Positions 36,378 through 49,499 of a DNA stretch of 64,000 bases are shown one piece after another. Origin of the DNA: Patellaria atrata CBS 101060 (taxonomy: Eukaryota); contig MU006100.1 of assembly GCA_010093705.1 (NCBI GenBank), positions 408,745 through 472,744 on the forward strand, read 5' to 3'. The position numbers and the translations under genes were made by a program. How positions within the stretch are numbered: the stretch's first letter is position 1; each line of letters opens with the position of its first letter. The notes beneath the pieces are model-generated. The model saw nothing but the letters and a program-made list of their open reading frames with translations. It searched no databases and was not told the DNA's origin.

Positions 36378-37014
36378 GATGTATTGACTTTAGGGAGACG
36401 CAAAAGTTAACCGGATCCGTGAAGAACTACAGGAGTTAGTGCTTGTTCACATGTGATTTAGATCTCCGGGATAGGGGACGTACAAAATTCGAGGACGGTC
36501 GATATGGCACAAGGAGAAAGAAATGTTATTCTAGTGCAGTACACTGTTGCGCTTGCAAGATTCACATACATGTTCCGCCTTAAATCCGATATCGCGCGTA
36601 GAAACACGCACATTACCAAAGGGAGGACGATACGCGTATGTTCTTCGACTTACCTGATAGGAAAAAGTCATCTGCTTCAGCCACTGTTTGGTTTGGACCC
36701 TCCACAAGAAGTTCTATGGAGAATTAAGTGAGAGTTTGAGATTGATGGCAGGACAAAAAAGATTTGATAAGATTTCCGCGGTTTGTGGAGAACTATAACA
36801 ATTCTAAACGGGTTAGCGCGTACTGTCGTTTTAGAACAATTGTGCTCTCACGTGAATTTGTTGTTTGCAGGATGCTTCCATCAGTACGGTGATCCTACAA
36901 CTAACACCAATATATACGACTGATGCGAGGATGTACGCAAAATAATTACTGTAGCAGACAAGTATATCATGGACAAGGTATCGAGAAAACCAAGCTGGGT
37001 ATAGTTCTTCCAAG

Positions 37015-39146
37015 TTAAGTGGAGGATAGCGGTCCTATACCGACTTGCTCGCGAGCTCTTAAAGAAGCGATCTTATTTGCTTCTCTTTCCGCCCGTCGTG
37101 CCTTCTTCGCTTCAGACTCTTTTGACTTGACAGTCAACCTCTTCGCCTTCCTCTTCTCGATATCCAGCTTCTTGAAATGAGTCATGGCTCCATGCTTTAT
37201 TTTAGTGATCATATCGCCAGCTCTACCCTTGGTTACAGTCTCAGGGGTAAGCTGGTCCTCCGGGGAGCGACGACTGTTTAAAAAGTCTACCTGTAATTGG
37301 GAAGCAGGTTTTTGGCGCCATGCCTGGTATCGTGAGATGATAATGTGTTCCCATTTCTCACTGGCAAAAGTGTCAGCCGCATGAACAGCGTCCTCAAACG
37401 TACCGGTTTTAGCAATCGTTCGAGGCTTCATGTATGGACTCTTGGCTCGCCAAATGGCTGGAATCTTTTGTGTGTATTTCACCACGAAGTCATCACCATT
37501 TGTATCAATAGTGACATAGGCTCCGTCTTTGTATGTTAGTACATACTTCTTCTCGCCCACCTTAACCCACGCATACTGGCTAATTGCCCGGATATGCCTT
37601 TCTCCGGAGGTATCTTCTATCAGGTCGTTCACAGAATCATAATCTGTGAACGTGATAGATCCTTTGAAAGGGATAGACGTCGGTGGTGTGCTGTCAATTT
37701 GTTCCTCCCTTAGGCGCTCCTGCTCCTTACGATCATTAAGCTCCTTAAGCTTTTCCACGTCCGCAGAATCTACAATCTCGGAGGGATCGAGACCAAAGAG
37801 AGTCGGTGTACTTACAATACCAGTGGCAAGAGATGATACCATGTCAATGATATGGCAGTTTTCCTTGCCTGGATGTAGACGCATGCCACGACCAATCATC
37901 TGCACTAGTAGATTCCTGGATCTAGTTGGCCTTGCAAGTAGTACGCAGTCGATATTTGGAATGTCAGTGCCTTCGGTAAAGACACCACAGTTCAGCAAGA
38001 CGGGAAACTTGCCGTTTTTGAAATCGTCAATCCTTTGGCTTCGAACAGCTGGTGGTGTATCTCCGGTCACGAACTTTGCATCAAAGCCGTATTTGATAAA
38101 CAAAGCCGTCAAACTCGCTACATGAGCGAGATCAACGCAAAATACAAGAGTCGACTTCCGTTCTTCAGCCTTTGCCATCCATGCTTTGAGAGTGATATCA
38201 TTGATTTGGTCGGTGTTCACCGCATTTGAAAGAGCTCCTGTCTGGAAATCACCACCAGGCCCAGATGCGACACGAGAAAGGTCTGCTTTAGTCTCAACCG
38301 TAGTGAATATAACATTTGATAACCACTTCTCATCGATCATATCAATATAGTCCCTGATACCGTGTTAGTGTTACTGAATGAAGATAACACGGATCTACGC
38401 ACTTATGATAAACGATGTGATCAATTGCTGCTCCTAGTTTGAGACCATCAAACCTTGAGAACGTCGCAGATACTCCTACTAGAGCTGGAGAGTGTTCTTT
38501 AACTTCAATCAATCCAAAGTATTTTAACACTTCCAGATATGTCGATGCTACTATATGATGAGCCTCGTCCACTAATAAGAGCTTGAATCTTGCAGGATCA
38601 AATTTCAGTATCCTATCACCTGAAGTAATGCTCTGGATAGATGCAATGGTGATATCAGCGGCACCAGTCGCGTGCGCAGAACCCAACTCCACCTCAACTG
38701 ACTTTGAGGGGTAGGCATAGACACAGTGTCGGGCAGCTTGCTCTACGAGCTCCCGACGATGGGCCAGAATTAGGGTCTGCGTTGCATGTTCAGACCTAGG
38801 AGGTACTCGATCTATGAGTTGGGTAAATATGACCTAAAGGCTCAGCGTTAGAAGATCCTACAAGGGGTTCGGAAGGGCTCACAGTCTTGCCACTGCCAGT
38901 AGCTAGAGACACCCCTAGCCTCTTGTGTCCCTTGCTGAGATACGACAATACTGACTGGATGCATTCTTCTTGATAAGATCGAAGCTGTATTAACGGCTGA
39001 GCTATTTCTGGCTCGCGTGCAGTTGTAAAATCGTGTGCATGGCGGGCGAATGAAGTCCTGAATGACAACGTTGAGGAGGGTAAGTAAGCTCGCAATAGAG
39101 CAGCGTGTAGAGATAACTTCAATCCATGTTGAATTGACCTAAGCAT
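37015..39146 (-). CDS. IRC3: Mitochondrial SF2 (DEAH-type) DNA helicase Irc3, 3 exons
   Basis: Presequence-like N-terminus, [62 protein letters not shown], and C-terminal [15 protein letters not shown]. Confidence 0.93.
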
Positions 39147-39387
39147 TGGGATCTGATGTGGTTTCCGGTATGTTATTGTGTTTTGAACATTGATGAGATG
39201 GAAGGTTGGCACTAGCGCGTTTTGTTATCGATAAGAATAGCTATAAGAATCTACACTTTAATCATTTTTCAGTACATGATCTTGTCAGAGTTCACTAATT
39301 ATACAGAAAATCCTGGAACTATGGATAAAGGATACCTTACTAGTGCGAGACCAGAAAGTATTCAGCTTCTAGTCTGCCATACTGGTG

Positions 39388-41526
39388 ATGTCCTCGAACG
39401 AGAGCGATACCGATAGTGGAATTGAAAACGACTATGAAAATGACCATGATATTGAAACAACCCAAAATGAAGGTGCGAATTCTGTTCTTGCTCCAGGATT
39501 ACCAGAGGACGACGATACGCAACCGGAGGGAATAAGATCTGACAGAAAGATAGCGCATGTGTCTCGCAAGCGGAAGAGGGATACGAGAGAGAGCCGGAAT
39601 GCTAAAACCAAACGTCTGAGAGGACGATATTCCGATCCTTATCGACAGCTCTTTAATTCAACAATTCCAAATCCTCAGTATATCGATCTAGATGATGTTC
39701 GTAAGCCATTAGAAGCCTCGCAAATTGGACTGTCTGTTTGGACTGCTGAAGAGAAAGAAATATTTTTTGCCGCTCTAAGCAGATGGGGAAAATCTGATGT
39801 CCCTAAGATATCAGAGATTATAGGCACAAAGTCTGTGTCACAAGTTATAGAATATCTGGGCTTGCTACAGGAAGGACTTTTAGAGCTACATCTGGATCTT
39901 GATGATATACAACCAACAGATGCACGCCACATTGCTTCAGCAGCAGAACTGAGTGAGAATCTATGCAACGCGCTAGATATAGCTGCAGAAAGCCTCGGTT
40001 GGAACCAGTTGAAGTATGAAGCTAAACAGGAGAGCAAGAAGCATGGAGACGTATGGCTCTTAACCAAGGATATTGGTAATCAAATAAACGAATACCTGGA
40101 TTTTGCAGAATCTGGAAGAGATGAGAATGGAGATTCTTCAATTGATTCACATGATGATGGAGGAATCTTAGAACAACGTCTATCAATCAAATCGAATAGA
40201 GCACGTTACATCCAAGTCCCTGCAGCGCATTTGCTAGATCTCAGTGTCTGGCTTGAACTATCTGAAAATATTTTCATGAACTCTGCCAATCCAGATATAT
40301 CGGAAAATTGGCGAACCGTGGGCGAACAAGGAGAAACTCCATCAATTTATCACACCGCGTTCTCAGACTTTCACAACCTCACTGTGTCTATCACAAAAAA
40401 GGTCGTGCAAGTCTCAATATTCCAGGCATTGTCTCGACTAAGGGGAGCAGACAAGATTGGAAAAGAGGTCTCCAAAGTAGGGATTACCAGGATGGACGTT
40501 TTGGGAGCTACTGAGATCTTGAACATGAAGCAGAGCTCGGCAGACTTTTGGATAAAAGCTCCACGACGCTGTGGGCTGAAAGTGACAAATGTCGCCGATG
40601 GGATTCTACTGAGTCACAATGAGGTGGAAGAATACTTGAGTGAATTCGTCAGAGACAACATTCCCCGCTTGTCCGGCAATAAACACGATGCAGCTCATAA
40701 CTCTACTGGAAAAGCTTTTGGACAAGAAAGTCCTCAAGATCCACGGTTCATGGACGAGGAAGATAGGTTAGGATCAACAAGTCCTTCCAATGGAACATCT
40801 GAAATTATCTCGGACACACCTTTGAAATCAGAAAACAGTTACAACTCGTCTAACAGCGGTGATCAAGATAGCCTATCTCCAGAAACAAGACTAGAGCAAT
40901 ACATCGAGATCTTGGATCAAAAAGAGAGTCTCACCGAGGAGCTCTTCCTCTGGGACTTTATCGGCCAACTACCCCTTGTTCACATCAAAGATAGATCAAT
41001 CAAGCTTCCAAAACCACCCGCCCCAAAGCATAAAAAGCTGGGCGAGCTAGTGGACTGGCGAGACTGGACCGAGCGTCAAGCGGAGTGGGAAACAAATTAC
41101 TTCATCCAAAAGGAGAAAGGGAAAGAGAAAGCCGCCAAAGCGCGCACATTACAAACACTAGCAACTGTAAGAAGAATCTCACAAGAACCAGGACCAAGCT
41201 CTTACGCTTCCGATACTACGGCTCCAGAAGATTCAACTGAATCTGAAACGGATACATCGGAGGTACAATCTGAGTCAAGCAGTTCATCTTCTGAGGATGA
41301 CGATGACGAAAACCATCATTCTGAAACTCAACTTCATCGGGACAGTCCAGAACCTCACGCTCGTACCACAGTGTCCGAGCATCCGGCCCCAGCCCCACGA
41401 CGCACTATTCCGCGACGCTCCGCGAGCCAGATTGCGCTGCAGGCCTTTGGGGCTATTGAGAGCTTGCCGGGTGAGGATTCCCAGTCGGAGGATGAGTATG
41501 ATCCGGATGTACAGATGGAGGGTTAG
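39388..41526 (+). CDS. RRN5: RNA polymerase I upstream activation factor subunit Rrn5-like (SANT/Myb domain)
   Basis: SQIGLSVWTAEEKEIFFAALSRWG..IGTKS..V..YL..L, IASAAELS, LSENIFMNS, PSIYHTAFSDF, FWIKAPRRCGL. Confidence 0.8.
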   Translation: MSSNESDTDSGIENDYENDHDIETTQNEGANSVLAPGLPEDDDTQPEGIRSDRKIAHVSRKRKRDTRESRNAKTKRLRGRYSDPYRQLFNSTIPNPQYIDLDDVRKPLEASQIGLSVWTAEEKEIFFAALSRWGKSDVPKISEIIGTKSVSQVIEYLGLLQEGLLELHLDLDDIQPTDARHIASAAELSENLCNALDIAAESLGWNQLKYEAKQESKKHGDVWLLTKDIGNQINEYLDFAESGRDENGDSSIDSHDDGGILEQRLSIKSNRARYIQVPAAHLLDLSVWLELSENIFMNSANPDISENWRTVGEQGETPSIYHTAFSDFHNLTVSITKKVVQVSIFQALSRLRGADKIGKEVSKVGITRMDVLGATEILNMKQSSADFWIKAPRRCGLKVTNVADGILLSHNEVEEYLSEFVRDNIPRLSGNKHDAAHNSTGKAFGQESPQDPRFMDEEDRLGSTSPSNGTSEIISDTPLKSENSYNSSNSGDQDSLSPETRLEQYIEILDQKESLTEELFLWDFIGQLPLVHIKDRSIKLPKPPAPKHKKLGELVDWRDWTERQAEWETNYFIQKEKGKEKAAKARTLQTLATVRRISQEPGPSSYASDTTAPEDSTESETDTSEVQSESSSSSSEDDDDENHHSETQLHRDSPEPHARTTVSEHPAPAPRRTIPRRSASQIALQAFGAIESLPGEDSQSEDEYDPDVQMEG

Positions 41527-42246
41527 AATGGGTTGATTGGGCAGGAACTGAAAGGGGAGAGGGAGTTGGCAGGAAGGGGTGTTATTTATTTTGCGAAGGG
41601 ATTGAGGGGGTTGAAACTTTGGTTGAGGCACACTTGCTGTATCTTTGGGTTATTTTCGAAATTTTAGAGTATGTACGGTGAGATTCGAAGTCTTTTGATT
41701 CGCGAGCGTACAGTAAGGTAAGAACGGCTAGCAGGGAAGGGATAACATAAAACATCGAAGTACACGAAGGAGCAATATGGGGAATTCGGATTTGTTTTGG
41801 CCGAGGTATCTACAGTGTAGACGTTTTCATTTCATCCATATTATTGCAAATTTTTTCTCAGACCTAACATATTCGGTGGTGACATCTTTATAATATACAC
41901 GGTAGTTCTCCCTTCCTTTTTATATTAAATATCACATTCGTCCTCGTACAGTACATCTCCAGTCATCAAAAGGAGATATTGACAGTATTCCGGTCAGCTA
42001 TTCCACGATAGCATTGTACAAATACGACTCTTTGTGGAAACGTGTGCGGAATATTTCCCCTGTAATCCAGATCTATTTGGAAAGGGAGAAGGATAGTCTT
42101 ACCCCTTTTAATCCTATAGAGGAGCGTGGTTATCCCTCGTTTGCTCTAACGGTGCGAAAGGGCATCGTTTGCCCATTAACGTCCGGCAAGCGCTTCAGTT
42201 CATACTTAAGTGTGGTGTCATGAACTTCACTCGAGGCCTAGGATCA

Positions 42247-45131
42247 CTAGCCCTTATGGAAATCCCCATCACTCGACTTGTTCATCTTCAGCACAAGCAG
42301 AAGACGCTCAATGGTATTCTCCTCTTCCTCATAATCTTTCCCAAAGGCTCTAATCGAGCCGTAACCTTTCTTTCCGACAAGACGTTTGCAGACGCTTATG
42401 AAAACCGTTATCTTACTTCTCAGACGCCCATGTAGATTAGTGATAGCGGTGACAGTCTCGCCTCTTCCTATGTTCTCAGTGACGATACGGGAAAACTCAA
42501 GAATGCATCCAAATATCTCCTCGAGTAGCTGCATAACCTTTTCCTGACGTCTTCTCAACAGAAGCTTAAACATGATACCATCGAGTGTTCGTTCGTGCAT
42601 CTCTTTTAGCCGGTCAAGACTTTCGTTGACACGCTTCCCGATATCTCCAGCTTCGTCCTCTTTTTGTAAGTGTTGTTCTATGGCATCTAGCCTGTTTTCG
42701 AACGAGATCCAAGTTTCAGATATCCCGGTATCGAAAAAGTACGCTGTACAGCTGTTCACAAAGTGGCGGGATTCCACTGCAAATTTACGAGCTGAAGCAT
42801 TGAGCCCACGTGGTAAATGAGAAACAACGTATGTCATTCGCAGCAGTCGGAGAAGGAATTTGAATATTGCATCGTATTTTTCGAGAGAATCCTGCGTGAT
42901 GATAGCCCCTAAGGGAGATGGTGTGGAGTACTGCAGCCGCAAGAAGTCAAGCGCATACAGGGAATGAGGATCCATACACTTTTCTCCGTCTTCGGCGGAA
43001 AGTGTCCTTACTGCGAAGCTAAGATTACCAGGGATATCGTTAGATTCTCTTAAGCTACTTGATGTCTTTTTTTGATTTCTTGAGAGGTATAGTTGGGACG
43101 TATGGTAACAATCACTCAATATGCCCATGAGGGCCAGACGAAGCTCAGAACTTGCGGGAGGCCAGTTCGTACGATTTCCCAGCTTAAGACCCATCGATAC
43201 CCCAGTGCGGACGACACCACGTTGTCTTTCTGCTGTCTCTAATTCAGGATTGAATAGAGCGGATGTTAATCTTGAAATAAACACGCCATCCCCGAAAAGA
43301 TGATAATTTTTTTGGAGAGACAAGTGGTGTCGTAGACAATGTGAACGAAAGAAGAGACGCAAGCAAGAAGAGTTTACTAAGCGTGCCTGTACAGTTAGGA
43401 GAGGATTTAAGGACAGCGCAGGCGTCAGAACAATAGGGGGCGCAAATGAAAGTAAACTCTCTTCATCACCCAAGCCTTCTGCGTCAATAAGATCTGCAAC
43501 AAGACATTCAAGCTTATCTTCGTCCTTGTGAATATGTGCTGATGGATCCGCATTGAAAAGGGGTATGGCGTCCAGAAGTTCCACGCTGAACGGGTAAGTA
43601 AGGCCATTGCTTTCTATGGGCATAGGAAAACTTCCTTGCTCTCCACTCTCAGCTTTCCGGTTAAAACACTTGTTAAATTGTGTTTGTACCACTCCTATGA
43701 GATTCGCCTCATAAGCTTTTGCTTTTGCGGATATCCTCTCCATATCGGCCCATGAGAACTTCCAAGTGGTTTGTGGCGCATCATCTATATGTAATGTAGA
43801 ACTTAGTAACGGATGGCCCGGATGATGCTTTTGTAGAAGGAGTAAATTTCTACCAGTTTCAAAGATCGATTTTCCGTCGTCAGAAGAGATAAATTCAGGT
43901 ATGCGGGCGCCATCGTAACGGTAATTCGGAATATCCAGGCCGAGTTCCTGCTCAACAGAATCGACTATGTTAAAAAGAACATCCTCTTGACGGAGACCGG
44001 CTCCAAATGAGTTATTCATCCGTAAACCTACCCATTGATCAATTTTCTGGAGAAACGGTTGGGTTGTACGTGTAGTGATCTCATGGAGGACATTCCGGAG
44101 CCTGTGGTTTTCATTCTCCGCGTTTTGTATCTCACGATATAACATAGAAAGAAGATCCATATCATTTCTACAGAGTGTAGACAAGGCTAAAACTTGATTT
44201 ATCTTGACTAGAAGTGAATGAGGCCTGCTGAACAGTCGCTGTAGCTGTAGGAGAGTATGGGTGGACCCGATACGGGATCCCAAGACTTCCTCCAAACAAT
44301 CAACAGCACTCGTTAGAACCTTGAGGAAAGCTACCTTTGCTGGAGACGTTTTCACGGTACGATCGTGGTCTGAGATAGCTCGCAGCTCTCGAAAATTGTT
44401 TCCACAATCTATCAGCTGGCTCACGAGGCTCTGGACGGCTTGTAAACTATATCCTGAAAACTTCATGTCTTGAATAGCTTGTGTAAAAGTTCCGAGCTGA
44501 TTGTCGAAGGGGAATAGCATTGAGGGTCTACCCAGCCCAAGTTGTAGTAGTGAACGGTAAAAGATATTACTCCGGATAATAGTTCCAGAGCCCTGCGCTG
44601 AGTTTACAGCATGAGGAACCCGTGTCAATGCGGCATCAAAAGTTTTAGATCCCGCGTCTGATAGATAGGCACTTTGGGATTCATTATGTCCTTGCTTTTC
44701 GAACGCGTCCCAGGTGAAGAATTTGAAGTCTTGGAACGCAGGGCCTTGGTCAAATGCAACCTTCCAAATATCTTCTTCGGCAATATCTAAGCAACTAGGA
44801 GTTTTGGCGGTTATGGATAACGTAGAATGTTCATGAGTTTCAATCTCTTCCAGAGGACCAAAAGCAAAGGTTTCTAGGTCCGGCAGCCGAAGATCATGGT
44901 TAAGGAGTTTCGTAGGCGCATACGGGTTGTCTATTCTTATAGACGGAACTATCATACCGTTAGTGGGCGTAAAAAAACGCGTTACTTATTTAATCGACGC
45001 GTTTACTAACCGTCTATATCTACTTCTGGAAACAGATTGGTTGCCGGTGTGGACAGGTTGGTGTGCGCAAATATTGACGATCTCCAAAGATCTGGAATCG
45101 CAAAAGCTTCTTTCGTATCTTCTATCTCCAT
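42247..45131 (-). CDS. Gamma-tubulin complex Spc97/Spc98 family protein, GCP6-like (intron 44949-45010)
   Basis: First exon MEIEDTKEAFAIPDLWRSS. GRIP-type motifs LLQLGLGRPSMLF, HLFGDGVFISRL, WPPASSELRLALMGIL and ALDFLRLQY..PSPL..IIT..SLEKY..IFKFLLRL. Confidence 0.9.
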
Positions 45132-45329
45132 TATTTTTCCCTGTCATTGTGAAGGTTCCGGCGCGTTGCTGTGTTGCTGTGTTGCATTCGGAGGTTGAGA
45201 AGTGGGGAGGAAGATCGCCGAGGGAGCAGTAACGATGCAGTCTCTTCATCTTACAATCCAGCACTACTGTAACAATCATGCTCACAAAGACAGATACTTC
45301 CCTGACTCATTTTTCATCTTAATCTTATC

Positions 45330-46283
45330 ATGCCACCTAGAAAGAGAGCGAAGGTCAGCGCAGCGTCCACTCCTCTCGCGGAGACCCAACCAAAAACTCC
45401 AATATCTGCAGTTGCGACGCCGACTGTTGAGAAGAGTGCAGAACAAATACAAGAACAAGAGGAGCTTCAAAATGACCCCTGGACAGATGAACAGGAGACT
45501 GCTCTCTTCAAAAGTTTGATCAGATGGAAACCTACAGGTACCGCACAGTTCCATTGTTTTAAGGACATTGCGCTGACCGTTTTAGGTATTCATAAACACT
45601 TTCATATGATTGCCATTTCTCAAAATCTACGCTCACACGGCCATTCTTACCCCCCCAATCCATCCCCTGCTCTCGCGGACGCATACGAGCATATGCGCAT
45701 TTCCAGTATTTGGCATAAACTCCGCCAGCTTTACGATCTTGATGCTCTCGATGAGCGAGAGACGTCAAATTTCTTTCTGAGCCAGCTCGAGCCTATAGAT
45801 ACAGACGAGGAAGATGATTACCACCCTTTTTCATTACCAGAGGATGAATTTGGGGATATCATGTGGGAGAGGAGATTACAGGAGAATGAATCTATAAGGT
45901 CGAGTCCCCCGACATTGCCGACACTCATATCTCTAAAGGACGACCCACAACCACCTTCGGGTTGGAGCAAAGAGGAACCCATTGGCCCAGGTCAAGAAGA
46001 GGAGGAGCCAAGTAAACCATCGCCCCCACTAAAGAAAGGTCGCGCTGGGAGGAAAGGGAAAGATACTACCCGAAGTATGCGATCAAAGACAACTAGGGCG
46101 AATAGGGACCGTTCCGCCGAAGAAGATGACCAAGAAGAAGAGGACAATGACGATGCAGAAGACCAGAACTCTGAAAATGAAGCAGCAAGCGAAGAGGAAG
46201 AGTCCACACCAGCGCGTGGGACGAGTAATAAATTTAGAGGCGGGAGAAGGGGAAGACCAGCCCGAAAAGGTCGTGGTAGATAA
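45330..46283 (+). CDS. EAF7: NuA4 histone acetyltransferase subunit Eaf7 (CT20 family); probable 48-nt intron 45538-45585
   Basis: [30 protein letters not shown] and [18 protein letters not shown]; acidic/basic tail. Confidence 0.92.
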   Translation: [317 protein letters not shown]

Positions 46284-47031
46284 GAACTTTTATTTCCCAA
46301 CCTCACAGTGCAATCTGATGTCTCGTCCTCCACTAGTCTAGTGAACTTACAAAACCCTGAAGCGTGTTCGCAAGAGACAAGCACATAGACGGTTACTAGT
46401 CTCTTTCCCTATCTCCGTCTTGACTTGAAATACCTACACACATAATCGATGTCCTGTCGAATCTTGGTCAGCCGGTTAAATATCTATAGTTCGGATATCA
46501 TGGTTAAGTCCAAGACGGCAATAGCATGGTACGAGTTGAAAAATGCTATTCACTATTTGGAATGTCTCTTTGCTGTGTATTTCATTCTTCTCCCACTATA
46601 CAATTGTCCTCAAAGCGCCGTACTCTCTCTGTATACAGAGTTGAAAGGTGCAAAGGACGCTCCAATATCTGTACAATTAGATATTTGGGGTGTTCGTAAA
46701 ATCGCAACATTGACGCTCAATCAGTGGCTCTGCAAACTTAACAAAGCAGAGGAATGTCAGTTGGGACATGGAAGGTGATCTGTGACGGACAACCTGCATC
46801 AACAAAACATATTTTTCCTTGGTAAAGGCACGAAGCGGATATCTTCACCATTGTACAACCACATTCCGTCGAGTCGTATTTTACCTATAATAACACCTAG
46901 TCTTATCCCCTAAGGTCATTTGCAAAAAACAATCAAACACTACCTACTGGAGAACTTCATCATACCTATATGCTATTTCTTTCTTCATATCTTATTTAAC
47001 CCAACCTATCCTACTCCCTCCCACGACGGAT

Positions 47032-48077
47032 ATGGCTTCAAATACAATGCTCACACAACCTGTACAATCGAGCCAGCCATTTCTCCTCAGCCGATTACCA
47101 ACTGAGCTCAAGTTCGAAGTCTTAAAGTACGTCGACAATTTCCTCAATGAACCACAACACCACCTGAAGGAGATATTGGAAGCATTCCACTGCGGGTCTT
47201 TCCAACCTATAACGGATGACATCATGCGCGAACGGATTAAAGATGAAGCAACATCATTCCCTATGGAACTGTACCAGCACCGTCCTTTCTTTCGTGACCG
47301 AGGTATATACGGCCGGGACAAGTGGGCTTATGATTAGATGTACGGCAAGGTGATATTCACAGACAAGGAAATGAGAGAAAATCGGGCCCTATTATCTGAC
47401 TTACCCTATCTCTATGTTTTCTAATATATTTTCAGAAAAGATTGAAGATCTATCATATTTAAATAATGTTTCTCAAAATTTAGGAAGAAATATTATATTA
47501 ACTCGTAAACATAAAAAAAGAAAGGGAAATAATCTTTATTTAGAAAACAAACAATCTTTGAATGTCTCCATGAGATCGAAGGCCTTCTTCGGTTTAATCT
47601 AGGACTACAGTATCCAGATATTCGGAAGAACCTCCTGAAACTATGGCCAATTCTCCCTTCCCAAGGCTCCATTTGGGTTATTTGGACCATTTCTTCTACA
47701 ATAGGAATGCCTACAACCCAAGTGCTCATAGTAGTGCCTCATCCTTGAACAGGCTCAGTTTGTCGGAACGGAAGGAATTGAACAATTTTTTGAGCGCGGT
47801 ATGCGACGCTATGGTTAGACATAAAATCGATTTGAACCTCCAGAATTGGAAGTCCAGCAGCTCTAACCGCGAAGTTTATGATTTTTGGGTCCAAAACATT
47901 CTTTGCTGTCCGCCCGAAGATTTCCAAGAGGACGAGTTTGCAAAGTCCGGTGCTTGTGGTGCCTTCTTCAAGCAGGTTCTTCTCTCCCGGCCGCTCTCCT
48001 GGTGGCCCTGGGTATTGGAACGTCCTAGACCTCATTCAACCAAGACTGATTGCGGATATGAGTCCTATATGCAGTGA
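47032..48077 (+). pseudogene. F-box-like gene, disrupted by a stop, an AT-rich insertion and a frameshift
   Basis: FLLSRLPTELKFEVLKYV near the N-terminus. TAG at 47335, 156-bp insertion at ~47413-47568, frame change near 47640. Confidence 0.6.
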
Positions 48078-48691
48078 TGCTTCGAAGATGCTTACATTCG
48101 GCGCGAGGATATTCAATTCTCCAAACGTCTTGGTGATTACTCTCTACATTTTTCTATCTTCGCTTTCCAGAATTTCAATCGTGACTGGTGTTTCCGGGAT
48201 GTGTATAGTCTTCTTGAATGGGCCTGCGAACAATCTGACGGCGTTGAACTCACCGACAACAACTTCTACCACTTTCGAGCAAAACTCAGTGGAGCTACCA
48301 AATATGTCTTTGACTTATCTTTCATCATATACGATTGAGCGGTTGACTTAAGTGTAACACTGAGTTCATCTTAGAACTTTCCTCTAGATTCTTCCTAGTT
48401 GGCAATAGGTTCCGTCATTTCTGTAGACTCTTATATAACAGCTATCCTTTAGAGTTCTAAACCCTTCTCCTGTTCATTTATCATGTCGTGACTTCCTCGT
48501 CTTCTGTACGGTCACCCGTAAACCGATCTCTAACTTCCTGTACCGGTGAACTAGCGTACAAAAGTTCTCTTAGAGACTTCACTAAGCATATGAGGGCCCT
48601 GAAAAGGGATTTATGTATATAGGAAGTTGTGCCATAGCTTAAAGGCTGCATGCGCAGTATTGTAGGTAATGCAATACAATGGAATTAAAAA

Positions 48692-48791
48692 NNNNNNNNN
48701 NNNNNNNNNNNNNNNNNNNNNNNNNNNNNNNNNNNNNNNNNNNNNNNNNNNNNNNNNNNNNNNNNNNNNNNNNNNNNNNNNNNNNNNNNNN
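48692..48791. other. Scaffold gap (100 N)
   Basis: Run of N flanked by A-tracts. Confidence 1.
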
Positions 48792-49499
48792 AAAAAAGTT
48801 CTCTCCACCGTATATATGCTCACAACATCACAAATCTACTCCGTGTATACTCGTTCTTAAGACAGTTCCGACTCTGTATGGATAATATCTTAAGACCGCG
48901 AATAACACCGACGGTACGTAGGAGTCAGCCATACAATTGATGCAGGTTAGGTAAAACTGCCGAATCAGCCATCTCCGAGCTGTAATCTATAAGCGTACAA
49001 GTCCCTGGGAATGCAACTTGTGAAAAGGGGACCGATAAGTTTTTATGTCGGGACATAAAGGCGAACAGCATGAGGAATTAGAGATACGATCTCATTATTG
49101 CCCAGTTCATAACTTGGTTTATATGTCTCGTTTCCATAACAATACTCCCTTTCATAAATTTACCGTGGATTGGAGTATCGTTTGTCCTGTCATCCACCTG
49201 TAAAATGGTATCTCTACCATATATCCAGCCATTGAAACCCAAGAAATATAAAATTGACCATCTCATGCTTTTTGACTAGGAACGAACTTTCTCTAGTCGT
49301 GTATTCTAGTAGCCCCACGAAATTCGGATTTTCATTATGTTTTTAACTACCTCCTTCAATATATCAACCCGCGAGATTTGCCATTTCCCCAATACCCTCA
49401 CTTTCCATTGAATTATCTCATACGCAAGATTCTTTTCTATTTTCTACATACCTTTTCAACTTGAACCTGGAGATACTACTGTACAATTCAAAGCACACC

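Noticed and set aside
45538..45585. Stop-free 48-nt EAF7 intron as a regulated retained intron
   Set aside because: Short 3n introns without stops occur by chance, and retention would split a conserved motif; no supporting evidence.
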